Below the pieces are notes generated by a model. The model was given only the letters and a program-made list of their open reading frames with translations, was not told the origin of the DNA and made no database searches. A stretch of 64,000 bases of DNA. It comes from the human T2T-CHM13v2.0 reference genome, Homo sapiens. The position numbers and the translations under genes were made by a program. Positions 24,076 through 39,608 of this stretch are shown here, piece after piece. The stretch lies in the NCBI RefSeq assembly GCF_009914755.1, contig NC_060925.1; one strand, 5' to 3'. The first letter of the stretch is position 1. Each line of letters begins with the position of its first letter.

Positions 24076-26124
24076 AACATGTCCGCATGTAGGGCAGTGT
24101 TTCACATTTAGCAATTTGAAACAAAGGAAAGAAGATATGTAACATATTTATGAGATTTCATGTCTGAAATTTTGATGCACTTTGTGTTTTTGCTGAATCA
24201 TGATTCTGATGTTGTGCCAACACAGGGTGTTCATGAGTTAGAGTTTTAACTAGGACTTTGAATTTATTCTAATAGCTGTTCTGTATTTATAGAAAATCAG
24301 TTATATATATACTTTTAAACCTTAGCCTGATATCTACTCTATTTTTCATATCTAGGATATGTTAATATTCCAAGTATCCTTTCTCCCCCTCCCAACATAT
24401 ACATAAATATGTGCACAGTCACATGCATACATACAGCTGTAAACATATAGTATCTGGGGTGTCTGTTCATCCTAGCTGCTTCTTATCTATTCACAAAATG
24501 CAAATGCTTGAGCCTATACCTGTGGCAACAGCAGGTTTTCTACAAAGCCAGTCCATCACGCTCTAGGCTCCTATCTCCAGAGATTCCACAAATGCTTAAA
24601 AGAGTGTGAAAGACAGAAATCAGTCCTTCTTAGATCTCTCTTGATATACACAATGACGGCAGAGGGTCACCGGTTTTTATTAGAAATTAGCCTTTGTGAA
24701 TCACATCTTAAAGTTTAGAAAGCCATGCAAAGCCCCCAACCCTGATAAAAGCCACAGCCATTGGAATAGCATAGTCATCTACAGAAGCCAATCTCTTTAT
24801 GGTAGGCTACCTACAGCCCAGTGTTATGCTCAGTGGAGGGGCTCCCAGCCAAGCTGGCCAGGATCCTATGTTGAAAGTTCTTTATTTCCAGTTTCCCTAT
24901 AAAGTTGTGGAAACTCTGGCTGTGGTAGATCTAGGATATATGACAGCAATGGAGTTGCCTTTTCATAACACATAAGGCAATCCAGCATGGAAGGAAGATG
25001 CCGGAAAGAAAAATATTTTACTCACCAGCAAAGCTGTTCACATATTTTGAGTCTGGAGCCCAATGGTAAAGACAGAATCCTATGCCTCAGCTGCTGCTAT
25101 GAGTACCAGGACAGAGCTCTCTTCCCATGATGCTTTAGGAAAAGAATATCTCCAGCATTATGGACCTTTTCTCATTATTGGATCTGAGTACTCACTCTTG
25201 ATATAGCCGCTATCAATGAGTTCACTTAGACAGTTCACCTACACAGTCACATGCCTGAACGTAACACTCCAGGAGAATTGGTTGGCATTAGATGTAACGT
25301 TTGCTACCCCTCAGAGTTGAACTACCAAATTTTAATAAATCCTCAAAACACAAGAGCCCTCAGAACTAAGGGAGCTATGCTCAGCGATTCCAAGGTGACT
25401 TCTGTCCTGCTCTACTCTAGTGGAGACCTCTAGTCCCACCACCTACAACTACATATAGAGAATATAGAAACATGAACATGATCTGTCTGCTTGGACAGAA
25501 AACATATAAGAAGTGTTGAGAATGCATGATGATTATTAGAAAAGGCACTGTTTGTTTTGTATATGGGTTCTTGGTTTGTATGAAGCACCTCGACCTTTCG
25601 TGAAAGTGAAAATTCAAGACAAACAGTTCCATTGAGACATCTACCTACTTTTGAGCAGGGTTGAAAGAACAACAGAATTGAATCACTCTAAGCGAAGAAG
25701 CAGAGTGTGTGAGGTCTAGGCAGAAGCAAGACAAGAGGAGTTCCGGAGGAGAAAAGTGTGTGACTCATTGGGCAGGCATCACATCTCTTATTCCTGACAC
25801 CCTCTCACCCTAGGGTTGGGTGAGTCATTCCCAATGAGGAGATATACAAGCAACTCCCAGAAGAAGCCTCCATGGAATGACTCCTCAGGTCCCAGATGTC
25901 CTCCAGAGCAACAGAACCTATGAGTGGCTAAGGTCAACAGAAAGCAACAATGGACCCCAATAATCTGCAAGTGATGTTGAGGGTTCCTTAAGAAGGGCAG
26001 ATAGAAAAAGGCAGAAACAAGACTATCTTCAACCAAGTTGCGTAGAAAAGTCTATAACTTCTGATATTCTTCAGACATTTGAGCTGAGTACCTGGAGGTG
26101 AAAGTCAAATAGAGGGAATCATTT

Positions 26125-26350
26125 GAAAGCATGAGCTCCAGAACCGCACAGACTGGGCTCAAATTCCAGCCCATCCCTTACCTCCTCTGTGCTCTGGGCA
26201 AGTTCCTTGATCTTCATGTAGAAGGAATCTTAATTCCTCCATCTATAAAATGAGAATAATAGTTCCTAAACTCATAAGACCAATTTTGAGGGTTAAAACG
26301 TAGTACATTCAAATAACTTAGAGTTCATGACACATAGTAAGTCCTCATTA
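26125..26350 (+). mobile_element. MIR
   Basis: CAGACTGGGCTCAAATTCCAGC...CTGGGCAAGTTCCTT...CATCTATAAAATGAGAATAATAG. Confidence 0.8.
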
Positions 26351-26465
26351 CCTTATCAGCTACTATATCATCATCATCATCATCATGAGGCCACTATGAG
26401 CAATGGCATCTATTTCCCAGCTTTCTGGGCCAGGAAGTTTACACAGCTTAAAAGGAAACAAGATG

Positions 26466-26799
<334 letters not shown>

Positions 26800-28749
26800 T
26801 CAGGTCATCCTTAACATGGGCCTGTACAACCACAGCGCGAGGAAGACGTGAACACTTAGATTAGCAGCAATGGCAGGCAGGACATTCATCTCATTCACAG
26901 GCAATGTGTGACTGACACACAGGTGAGTCAATGTGTGTGGCAGGAGGGAACAAAATGAGTTGTGATACAAATGGAGAAGTGGAGGGGGGAAGGGTAGACA
27001 GCAAAACAAGAGGCAGGCAAGAAGTAGAAAGGAACACAGAAACTCATCTGGGCTCTGGACTCAACTGTGATATTCCACTGATATTTTTAACATATGGTAA
27101 GTCCTCATTCCCTATCAGCGACTATATATCATCATCACCATCCATTGACTTCCAGCATTTTCCTCCTGCGACTCCTTCTCAGGGTCCTATTAAATATTTT
27201 CATAACTACTTTGCTGTTAGACTCATCCTAAATACAAGGCAAGTCAATAACTCTACCCATTCTTTGTGTGATATATGTATTGTAATAAGGAATGTTATTA
27301 AAGGAATAACATCCTTCATGACCCAGAGACTTTCCCCAGCATCTACAAATTACACCACGCTCTATGAGCTCCTGCAAGAGTCTTGTTTGGCAAAACAAAA
27401 ATCACAGGATACAAGCTCATGTGTAATTTTTAAATCATCTTCCTCTTCAGTAATAAAGTACAAAATGTTCCTCAATGTGCTGACATCCTCTAGATGACCA
27501 TGGAGATCATGGAAGGAGTGGAAGAGGGAGCTTGAATTTTCCACAAAATTAAAATTCATTAAAATTCATTAAGGTTGTTAAGCTAAGAAATCATACAGGG
27601 ATAAGGGACGCCTTCTTGATGGAAGTCCTTGTTTCAAATATTCAATAAAATGCTAACCTTATTTTCCCTATGCTTTATGAAATTTTTTTTACAATTTGAT
27701 TTTAAAAAAAGAAAAAACAGAAAGTGTAAGTTATCTAAGTACAGATGAGGGGAATGGCTTTTTCCTTCATATTTGCCTTCATGAATAGGTGGCTATATGT
27801 TTTTGTTATCATCCTATAAGAAGTGAATTATATATGTCTGTGAGCTGTTACTCTAAAAGAAAAATAAAAAACATTCTTCAAGTGTAGGGCCAAAGACACT
27901 AACAGTTTTCACCACCAACAATCCAACCACTGATTTATTTAATATAATTAAGGCTTCAGTTACCCAGTAAGAGCCAAAGAATATTTGCTTTCCTCTAAAA
28001 TGCCTCTTCTATGATCCCAAGAGGTCCACAGGGTCTCCCAGAAATATGTTTTTTCTCCATAGCCAAGTATTTTGCCACATGTGTTTGTTATGATTGGCTG
28101 AGCCTGTGGTGACCACTATTTAATTAGGGCAAGATTGAACCTCCTCAGAGAAGATGTGTCTCATGTTTTTAAGATCTGGCCATCTGAGAGTGCCCTCACA
28201 CATACAAACCAAGGAAGCCACAATTCTTTTAGTGAAACAGATTTCTCTTCATGTAAGGAGTGGACAATGTTAATATTCTCAAGTAATATATTGGTACAAA
28301 TAATTTCAAAACTCAGGACATCTGTTTTTGAAAATGAAAAAATGTATTTTTTACTATTATATTTCTGTGTATTTTCAGATGACAAGATTTCATCATGGGT
28401 ACATTTAACTATGACTTCTAGTTCAAGACATTTGATAAAAATGTGTCAAATTAAATAACTCATAATTTTCATCCTAATGTGAATTCCCTCCAGGCATATT
28501 TTTATAATTGTCTCCATTTAAAAAAAGTTTCCTCAGAATTGTTTTCTTTGCCTTGCATTCTATTTTATACCTTTTCATAAATGAGGAAGGTATATTGTAT
28601 GCTCTCCTCCTATAATTCTTGTGTTATATGTAGCAGAATCATAACAAAATTATCATCCTCAAAATTACACTAGAAGTATTTTTTGCCATGAATAATAATT
28701 ATTATACACTATATAATAATATAGTGCTTCCTCTGAGACAGGCACTATT

Positions 28750-29091
28750 TGTTGGTTTTTTTTTTTTGTTTTTTTTGTTTTGGGATATGGGGTCTGTCAC
28801 CCAGATTGGAGTGCAGTGGCACCATTATGGCTTACTACAGCCTTGAACTCATGGGCTCAAGTGATCCTCCCACCTCAGCCTCTCTCCCAAGTAGCTGGGA
28901 CTACAAGTGTGCACCATCATGCCTAGCTAATTTGGTGGGGTTTTTTTGTTTGTTTGTTTTGGTAGATGGGTCAAGTGTGGGTCTCATTATGTTGGCACAG
29001 GTTGGTTTTGAACTGCTGGAGTCAAGTGACCTACCTGCTTCAGCCTCCCAAAGTGCTGGGATTACAGGCATGAGCCACCATGTCCTACTCT
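28750..29091 (-). mobile_element. AluJ inserted into a MIR (MIR about 28705-29300, minus strand)
   Basis: Diverged reverse-strand Alu with TSD GGCACTATT on both sides. MIR core continues to the right. Confidence 0.85.
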
Positions 29092-29799
29092 GGCACTATT
29101 CTAAGTGCTTTTTATCAGTTTATTTAATACTCAAAAGAGCCCTGTGGAAAGGCTACTACAATGATCTCCCCTTTTCAGATGGGGGGCTTGAGGCACAGAG
29201 GAGTTACATAACAACACACACCAGTCACACAGCTAATAAGCAGCAGACTCAGTTTTCAAACACAGTAGCACTCAGGGACCCATTCTCTTATCACCAAGCT
29301 GGGCTACCTGTCTGAACTTGTATCACTTTACACTATTGCCACAAAGAGATTTCAAAAATACCAAAATGATCTTGTCACATCTCTGTGGACAGACCTCCGA
29401 TACCTCCCACTGTTCCAAATGTCCATGCCTTATACATTTTACACATTTACCTCATTGTATGGAATTTATGTTTGTATAACTCCACATAATAAATTTTTTT
29501 ATTTTTGTGAACTATAATATGACTTGTTAGGTGTTTGTGCAATAAAAGAGCAGAAGGACCGTGCTGAAGGACCAGTCAGATCCTGCTAGCTGGACCCCAC
29601 AGTGAGGTGAGCAGCTACAGGGGAACAACCATGGGAATAAGGGAGTTGAGTCAGGTTCCACCGAGAAGCAAATACATTTATTCTAAAGGCCAAATGAATT
29701 ATTTGGTTGGAAAAAATTAAGAAAATGCTATAATGGTGTAATATTGGGTACCTCAATGTACTTAACAATTGCCCCTCTCTCACTCACTGTAAAACCTGG

Positions 29800-29935
29800 A
29801 AAGAATGTTAGAAATTAAATATTCTACACCCTCAGTTTACAGACGAAATACAGGCCCATAGAGATGAAGTGACTTGTCTAGTTTCATCCACTCCCTAGAA
29901 GCAAGGCCGGGTCTAGCATCCCTTTCTCCTGACCT
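29800..29935 (-). mobile_element. MIR fragment
   Basis: TTTACAGACGAAATACAGGCCCATAGAGATGAAGTGACTTGTC. Confidence 0.7.
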
Positions 29936-30179
29936 CCTTCCAGTTCTCTTTCTCTGGTTATCACACAAGTACTTTTCAATCTGCTCTGCCCATCTGAAAC
30001 TGTACCTCTTGTTTTCCTGCTTAATTTCAACTAAATGAGATTTGGTTTCATCAAGCATCTACCACCACCTCAGGCTTTTAAAACTGGAATTTAGGGAGGG
30101 GTCCATCAGTATTTTTTGTTTTTTTACATTTTTAAAGAAAAGTTCTTCAGAAGTAGAATGTAGTTTAACATTTAATCGT

Positions 30180-32150
<1,971 letters not shown>

Positions 32151-32279
32151 CAACAAAGTAGTCACATAAAGTGTTAACGTAATATATACACCACATATAT
32201 AGACTACATATAAATCACATATATGTTTTCATAGTTCATTTTTGGAAAGAAAAATAAGCAAAAATGAGAAAGTACAAGC

Positions 32280-32605
32280 AAAAATGGCTTAAAGAAGACA
32301 GGAAGTTTTCTCTCATGTAAAAGTGCATAAATGACCTGGCACAGTTACTCTGTTCCACAGAGTCCTCAGGGAACCAGCTTTTTCAAGCTCATTGCTGTGA
32401 CATTCTACTACGGGGAGTTCTTATGCTCATGGCCTAAGATGGTATTATCCATGTTCCAAGCAGCAAAGTAGATGAAAAATTGAAGTGTCAAAGAGTACAC
32501 ATCAACAACCTCTTAAAGATTTCTGTGCAAATGCTACATGACGTTTCAACATCTATCCCACTGACCAGAACAAAGTACCATAGCCACACTCACTGCAAAG
32601 AAAAA
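32280..32605 (-). mobile_element. Old MLT1 (K/L-like) fragment
   Basis: AATGGCTTAAAGAAGACAG...CCCACTGACCAGAAC...GCCACACTCACTGCAAAG. Confidence 0.55.
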
Positions 32606-32896
32606 CGTATCTTTACTTTGACCATGTTCCAGCTTAAAAAATTAATTATGGAAAAACGAGAGAAAGCAAGTAGCAATTTCTACCACGGCTTCTCCTACCT
32701 CAAATGGTTATTGTATAGCTCAAATTTTCATAAACTGTAAATTATTGAATGTGAAATATTAACTGCTCTGCTTCTAATAAACACAAATTTAGAAAACTTA
32801 AATAAAGGCTTACTATAATTTTGATAAAGTTCTTCTTGAAAGTATGCCTTAAAAAAATCACTCCAATAATGAGAATTTCATAGAGAAGAACTTTCT

Positions 32897-35800
32897 TGTA
32901 TTAGTCCATTTTCACACTGCTATAAAAATACTACCCGAGAGTGGGTGGTTTATAAAGGAAAAAAGTTTAACTTACTCACAGTTCCACATGGCCGGGGAAG
33001 CCTCAGGAAACTTGACATAATGGTGGAAGGTGAAAGGGAGGCAAGCACCTTCTTTACAAGTGGCAGGAGAGAGAAATGAATGCAGGAGGAAATACCAAAC
33101 ACTTATAAAACCATCAGATCTCGTGGGAACTCACTATCAAGAGAGCAGCATGGGGGAAACCCGCTGCATGATTCAATCACCTCGACCTGGTCTCTCCCTT
33201 GACACGTGGGGATTATGGGGATTATAATTCAAGATGAGATTCGGGTGGGAATACAAAGCCAAACCATATCAATACGCTCCTGGGCCCTCCCAAATTTCAT
33301 GTCCCTTTCACATTTCAGAAATCAATCATGCCATCCCAACAGCCCCCAAAGTCTTAATTCACTCCAGCATTAACCCCAAAGTCCAAGTACAAAGTCTCAT
33401 CTGAGACAAGGCAAGTCCCTTCTATGTAGGAGCCTGTAAAATCAAAAGCAAGTTAGTTACTTCCTAGATACAATGGGGACACAGGCATTGGGTAAATGTT
33501 ACCATTCCAAATGGGAGAAATTAGCCAAAACAAAGGGGCTACAAGTCCCATGTAAGTCCAAAATCCGTCTGGGCAGTCATTAAATCTTAAAGTTCCAAAA
33601 TATCCCTTTTGACTCCATGTCTCACATCCAGGTCACGTTGATGCAAGAGATGGGCTCCTACAGCTTTGGGCAGCTCCACCCTGTGGCTTTGCAGGGTACA
33701 GCTCCACTCCCCGCTGCTTTCACTGGCTGGCGTTGAGCGTCTGTGGCTTTTCCAGGCACACAGTGCAAGCTGTCTGTGGATCTACCAATCTGGGGTCTGG
33801 AGGACAGTGGCCCTCTTCTCACAGCTCCACTTGGCAGTGCCCCAGTGGGGCCTCTGTGTGGGGGTTCTGACCCCACATTTCCCTTCTGCACTGCCCTAGT
33901 GAGGCAAGAGAATAGGGTTTGAAGGAAGGGAACTTAAGGCCAATACTTGCTGAATCAAGGAAAAACACCAAGGTCTGGGGGCAGGGAATCTCGTTCCAAT
34001 TTTTGCTGACTTCCCAAAGCTGGATCAAAAGGAAAACACCTGGGTCTGGCGGCAGGGAATCTAAAGCCAATTAACACAAACTTCCTAAGGTTAAACCAAA
34101 AGGAAAAACCCATCTCCCCACACCTGAGTAACAAAGGATCAAAGGCTACTCTCCCTACAGCCCTCCCCTTCCACCAAGTCTCAGATGGAAAGGGAAAGTG
34201 CCTTGGATTGGCCACAGGTGAAATTCATCTCAGCCTTTAATTAGCCACAGACCAAAGCCTTCATCCAGATAGGGGGAAGCTGACAAGAACCTCAGAGTAC
34301 TTAAAGCCCAGAAAACTTTGTAACTGGGCCCTTGAGCTGCTTGATCAGGCCCGTTCCCATCCTGTGGAGTGCTTTCTCACTTTAGTAAATTCCTGTTTTT
34401 GCTGTTTCATTCCTGTGTTTCACTCCTTTGTTACTTTGTGCATTTTGTTCAATTCTTTGTTCAAAATGCCAAGGACCTGGACAACATGTTGTCAAGACCC
34501 TCCACCGGTAACACTAGCAGAGGTTCTCCATGAGGTCTCTACTCCTGCAGCAAACTTTGCCTGGTCATTCAGACAATTCCATACATCCTCTGAAATCTAG
34601 GTAGAGGTTCCAAAACCTTAATTCGTGACTTCTGGGCACTGGCAGGCCCAACACCACATGGAAGCTGTCAAGGCTTGGGGCTTGCACCCCCTGAAGCAAT
34701 GGCCTGAGCTATACGTTGGCCCTTTTTAGCCACAGTTGGAGCTGGCCACCAAGCTTGGATGCAGGGCACCAAGTCCTGAGGCTGCACACAGCAGGGGGCC
34801 CTGGGCCTGGCCTACAAAATCGTTTTTCCCTCCTAGGCCTTTGGGCCTGCGGTGGGAGGGGCTGCCATGAAGGTCTCTGACACGCCCTGGAGACATTTTC
34901 TCCATTGTCTTGATTCCTGGTTACTTATGCAAATTTCTGCATCCAGCTTGAATTCTCCTTAGAAAATAGCTTTTCTTTTCTATGACATGATCAGGCTGCA
35001 AATTTTCCAAACTTTTACATTCTGTCACCTGTTGAACACTTTGCTGCTTAGAAATTTCTTCTGTGAGACACCCTAAATCATCTCTCTCAAGATCAAAGTT
35101 CCACAGATCTCTAGGGCAGGGCAAAATGCTGCCAGTTTCTTTGCTAAAACATAGTAAGGGTGACCTTTACTCCAGTTCCCAAGAAATTCCTCATCTCCAT
35201 CTGAGACCACCTCAGCCTGGATTTCATTGACCATATCTCTATCAGGATTTTATTCATAGCCATTCAACAAGTATCTAGGAAGTTCCAAACTTTCCCACAT
35301 TTTCCTATCTTCTTCTGAGCCCTCCAAACTGTTCCAACTTCTGACTGTTACCCAGTTCCAAAGTCGCTTCCACATTTTAGGGTATCTTTATAGCAGTACC
35401 CCACTCTCCATGATACCAATTAACTGTATTAGTCCATTTTCACAGTGCTATAAAGATACTATCTAAGACTGGGTAATTTATAAAGAAAAAAGGTTTGACT
35501 CATAGTTCCACATGGCTGGGGAGGCCTCAGGAAACTTACAATCATGACAAAAGGTGAAAGGGAGGCAGGCACCTTCTTCTCAAGGCAGCAGGAGAGAGAA
35601 ATGAATGCAGGAGGAACTACCAAACATTTGTAAAACCTTCAGCTCTCATGAGAACTCACTTACTATCATGATAACAGCATGAAAGAAATGGCCTCCATGA
35701 TCCAATTATCTCCACCTGGTCTCTCCCTTGACATGTGGAGATTATGGAGATTATAATTCAAGATGAGATTTGGGTGGGGACACAAAGCCTAACCATATCA
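32897..35800 (-). mobile_element. Complete THE1D-like MaLR provirus (3' LTR 32897-33271, internal region, 5' LTR 35425-35800)
   Basis: Two matching TGTATTAGTCC...CCATATCA LTRs. THE1-int ORF remnant (CPRDLWNFDLERDDLG). TSD TTTCT / TTTAT. Inserted into an old L1M ORF2 relic. Confidence 0.93.
33900..34513 (+). mobile_element. MER51-family ERV1 solo LTR nested in the THE1D internal region
   Basis: TGAGGCAAGAGAATAGGG...CCACCGGTAACA. Exact 4-bp TSD CTAG (33896-33899, 34514-34517). THE1-int resumes seamlessly across it. Confidence 0.85.
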
Positions 35801-35804
35801 TTTA

Positions 35805-36185
35805 TTAAACCTAGAGCGTATATGAACAAAAAGTTCAACAAATATTATATTCAGTAGTGAAACGTTACAAGCATTCCTTTCAAATTCAGGAATATGTCAA
35901 GAATGCCACTATTATCACATCTATTTAACATTGTATTGTAAGTTCTGTTCAGCTCAAGAAGGCAATTAAAAGGAAAAAAACTGTGTAAGGATTATAAAGA
36001 AGAAAACAAAAGACAGACATATCACCTGTTATTATTCACAGGTGATACGATAGCATAGAAAACCAGAAGGATATACAAACTAGAATTAATAAGAAAGTTT
36101 ATCAAAGTTGCTAAATATGATATCGATAGGCAAAATTTCATGGAAATTCTATGCACTAGTCATAATAAGAACATTCATTAAAAAA
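35805..36185 (+). mobile_element. Ancient L1M ORF2 (RT) relic
   Basis: AAGCATTCCTTTCAAATTCAGGAATATGTCAAGAATGCCAC...TATTTAACATTGTA is homologous to the AFPL-GTRQGCP region. Confidence 0.7.
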
Positions 36186-36201
36186 GTACTATGTGTGATG
36201 G

Positions 36202-36660
36202 TGTGATGAAACATTTTAAATGGTCCATTTTCAAGGCATGATAAATCTAAGTACTGGCAGCCAGCCTGCAAATGTAACAAACCACATGGCTCATGCAGCT
36301 AGAAGATCACAATAAGTGAACAGAATGTAGAGTAGGGATCAGCCCATAAAAGGGAAGAAAGTTTTGTTGTTGGGAAATTGAAATTTCAGCATGGAAGGAG
36401 GCTGGGGTATAACTTTATAAGGGGGATAAAGAAACTTAGGAGACATCCGGGAAGATTGTAACCCCATAGTACTCAACCAATGAGGAACTGGGGGAGGGAC
36501 TTGCATGCTAGGAGATAAATTACCTGTTGTGACTGCCCTGGGTGTGCCTGCCTACCAAACACCCAATCTTGCAAGACCGCTATTAAAAGTCTCACTTTCA
36601 CTGTTCTTCGTGCCTCTAAGTCCATTCTTTGGGTTTGAATGGGTGAGCGTGTTTCTCACA
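36202..36660 (+). mobile_element. Solo LTR (LTR32-like, ERVL) inserted into an older LTR fragment extending to about 37000
   Basis: TG...CA termini, CCAAT box, ATTAAA signal, flanking ATGG(T) duplication. Confidence 0.7.
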
Positions 36661-37316
36661 ATGGTATGCCATCTCTACCGTTTTTTGTCTTGCATTATAA
36701 TTCTGGATATGGAGTATGTAAATATTTCTTCTTTGCCAGCTAGAATAATGTTAGAATTTGTCAGTATTGGACACTAGTGGGACACTGCAAGGCACAACAG
36801 AAGAAAGAGCTTCTCTTCCTGTTTTTGGTGTGCCTTCATTCTTTTCCTACAGTGTGGTTGTCAATGATGTGCAAAAGACTCAGTGGTCATCTTTCAACAA
36901 GTTTGGCTGGGCTCCAAGGAAGCCAATTCCTTGCCAGTGATGTGTGGCAGATGCAGGGTGGCACACTCACCAGCAAATTCCATTTGCACCTTAACAAATG
37001 GGTTCCTGTTTAAAAGATATCTTCAAATTTTAGCCAGATGAGAAAACACTTATTATATAATTTTATGTGAGGGAAAAAGAAAATTCTATAAACATTAATA
37101 TCTCAATGTGTCTTAAAAGCCTTAAAAATTAATCTCCTTCAGTGCTAATTCATCTTTTAAGGATCTATTGGAAAGCATATAACATTCACTTTTAGATTTC
37201 TAGAAGAAATATATCAAATTATTAATAGTGATTATCTCTGGATACAAACATTACAGAGACCACCATTTCATTCTTTGCACTTTTCTGTACATTTCAAAAT
37301 CTCACCTAATCAATAA

Positions 37317-39608
37317 TGTATTAGTCCATTTTCACACTGCTGATAAAGACATACTTGAGACTGGGCAACTTACAAAACAAATTGGTTTAATTGAACTTAC
37401 AGTTCCAAGTGGTTAGGGAATCCTCACAATCATGGTGGAAGGCAAGGAGGAGCAAGTCACATCTTACATGGATGGCAGCAGGCAAAGAGAGAGAGCTTGT
37501 GCAGGGGAATTCTTCTTTTTAATACCATCAGATCTTGTGAGACTTATTCACTATCATGAGAACAACAAGGGAAAGACTTGCCCCCATAATTCAATTACCT
37601 CCCATTGGGTCCTTCCCACAACAGATGTGAGTTCAAGATGAGATGTGGGTGGGGACACAGCCAAACCATATCATACTGCCCCTGGCCCCTCCCAAATCTC
37701 ATGTCCTCATATTTCAAAACCAATCATGTCTTCCCAACAGTCCCCCAATCTTAACTCATTGCAAAATTTACTCAAAAGTCAAGAGTCCAAAATCTTATCT
37801 GAGACAAGGCAAGTCCTTTTTGCCTATGAGCTTGTAAAATCAAAAGCAAGTTAGTTATTTCTCAGACACAATGGGGGTACAGGCATTGGATAAATACAGC
37901 CATCGGAAATGGGAGAAATTGGCCAAAACAAAGGGGCTACAGGCCCCATGCAAGTTCAAAATCCAGCAGGTCAGTCAAATCTTAAAACTCCAAAATTATC
38001 TCCTTTGACTCCATGTCTCACATCCAGGTCATGCTGATGCAAGAGCTGGGTTTCCATTGTTTTGGGCAGCTCCACTCCTGTGGCTTTGCAGAGTACAGCT
38101 GTCCCTCCTGGCTGCTTTCATGGGCTGGCATTGAGTGTCTGTGGCTTTTCCAGGAGCACAGTGCAAGCTGCTGGTGAATTTACCATTCTGAGGTCTGGAG
38201 GATGGCAGCCCTCTTCTCACAGCTCCACTAGGTTGTGCCCCAGTAGGGACTCTGTATGGGAGCACCAAACCCACATTTCCCTTCTGCACTGCCCTAGCAG
38301 AGGTTCTCCATGAGGGTCCCACCCCTGCAGCAAACTTCTGCCTGGGCATCCAGGCATTTCCATACATCTTCTGAAATTTAGACTAAGGTTCCATAAGCTC
38401 AATTCTTGACTTCTGTGCACCCTCAGGCTCAACACCACATGGAAGCTGCCAAGGCTTGGGTCTTCTACCCTCTGAAGCAACAGCCTGAGTTGTACCTTGG
38501 ACCCTTTTAGTCATGGCTGGAGCAGCTGGGATGCAGGGCACCAAGTCCCTAGACTGCACACAGCAGAGGGACTCTGGGCTCAGCCCATGAAACCACTTTT
38601 TTCTCAGAGGCCTCCAGGCCTGTGATGGGAGGGGCTGTTGTGAAGACCTCTGGCATGTCCTGGAGACATTTTCCCCATTGTCTTGGTGATTAACATTCAG
38701 CTCCTCGTTACTTATGCAAATTTCTGCAGCCAGCTAGGATTTCTCCTCAGAAAATGGGATTTTCTTTTTTATTGCATTGTCAGGCTGCTAATTTTTCAAA
38801 CTCTTATGCTCTGTTTCCTTTTTAAAACTGAATGCCTTTAACAGCACCCAAGTCACATCCTGAATGCTTTGCTGCTTAGAAATTTCTTCCACCAGCTTCC
38901 CTAAATCATCTCTCTCAAGTTCAAAATTCCACAAATCTCTAGGACAGGAGCAAAATACTGCCAGTCTCTTTGCTAAAACATAACAAGCATCACCTTTGCT
39001 CCAGTTCCCAACAATTTCCTCATCTCCATATGACACCACTTCAGCCTGGATTTCATTGTTCATATCACTATCAGCATTTTGTTCAAAGCCATTTAACAAG
39101 TCTCTAGGAAGTTCGAAACTTTGACACATTATTCTGTCTTCTTCTGAGCCCTCCAAGCTGTTCTGACCTCTGCCTGTTATCCAGTTCCAAAGTTGCTTCT
39201 ACATTTTTGGGTATCTTTTCAGCAGCAACACACTCCTGGTACAAATTTACAGTATTAGTCTGTTTTCATGCTGCTGATAAAGACATACCAGAGACTGGGC
39301 AATTTACAAAAGGAAGAGGTTTAATTGAACTTACAGTTCCACATGGTGGGGGAAGCTTCACAATCATTGTGGAAAGCAAGGAGGAGCAAGTCACATCTTA
39401 CATGGATGGCAGCAGGCAGAGAGAGAGAGCTTGTGCAGGTGAATTCCTCTTTTTAAACCCATCAGACCTCATGAGACTTATTCACTATCATGAGAACAGC
39501 AAGCGAAAGACTTGCCCACATGATTCAATTACCTCCCACCAGGTCCCTCCCCACAACACATGGGAATTCAAGATAGATTTGGGTGAGGAACACAGCCAAA
39601 CCATATCA
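37317..39608 (-). mobile_element. Complete THE1B MaLR provirus (3' LTR 37317-37673, ~1.58-kb internal region, 5' LTR 39251-39608)
   Basis: Paired THE1B-type LTRs (GGAGGAGCAAGTCACATCTTACATGGATGGCAGCAGGC). Internal ORF remnant at 38788..39156. TSD AATAA / AACAA. Confidence 0.95.

Noticed and set aside
26931-27497. 188-aa ORF in unique sequence
   Set aside because: No recognisable domain, Ser-rich composition, weak start context and no supporting gene structure. Compatible with chance.
28749-29315. 188-aa ORF
   Set aside because: Antisense Alu plus MIR translation.
38029-39156. THE1 internal ORFs as a gene
   Set aside because: Fragmented remnants of the standard MaLR internal ORF, interrupted by stops and frameshifts.
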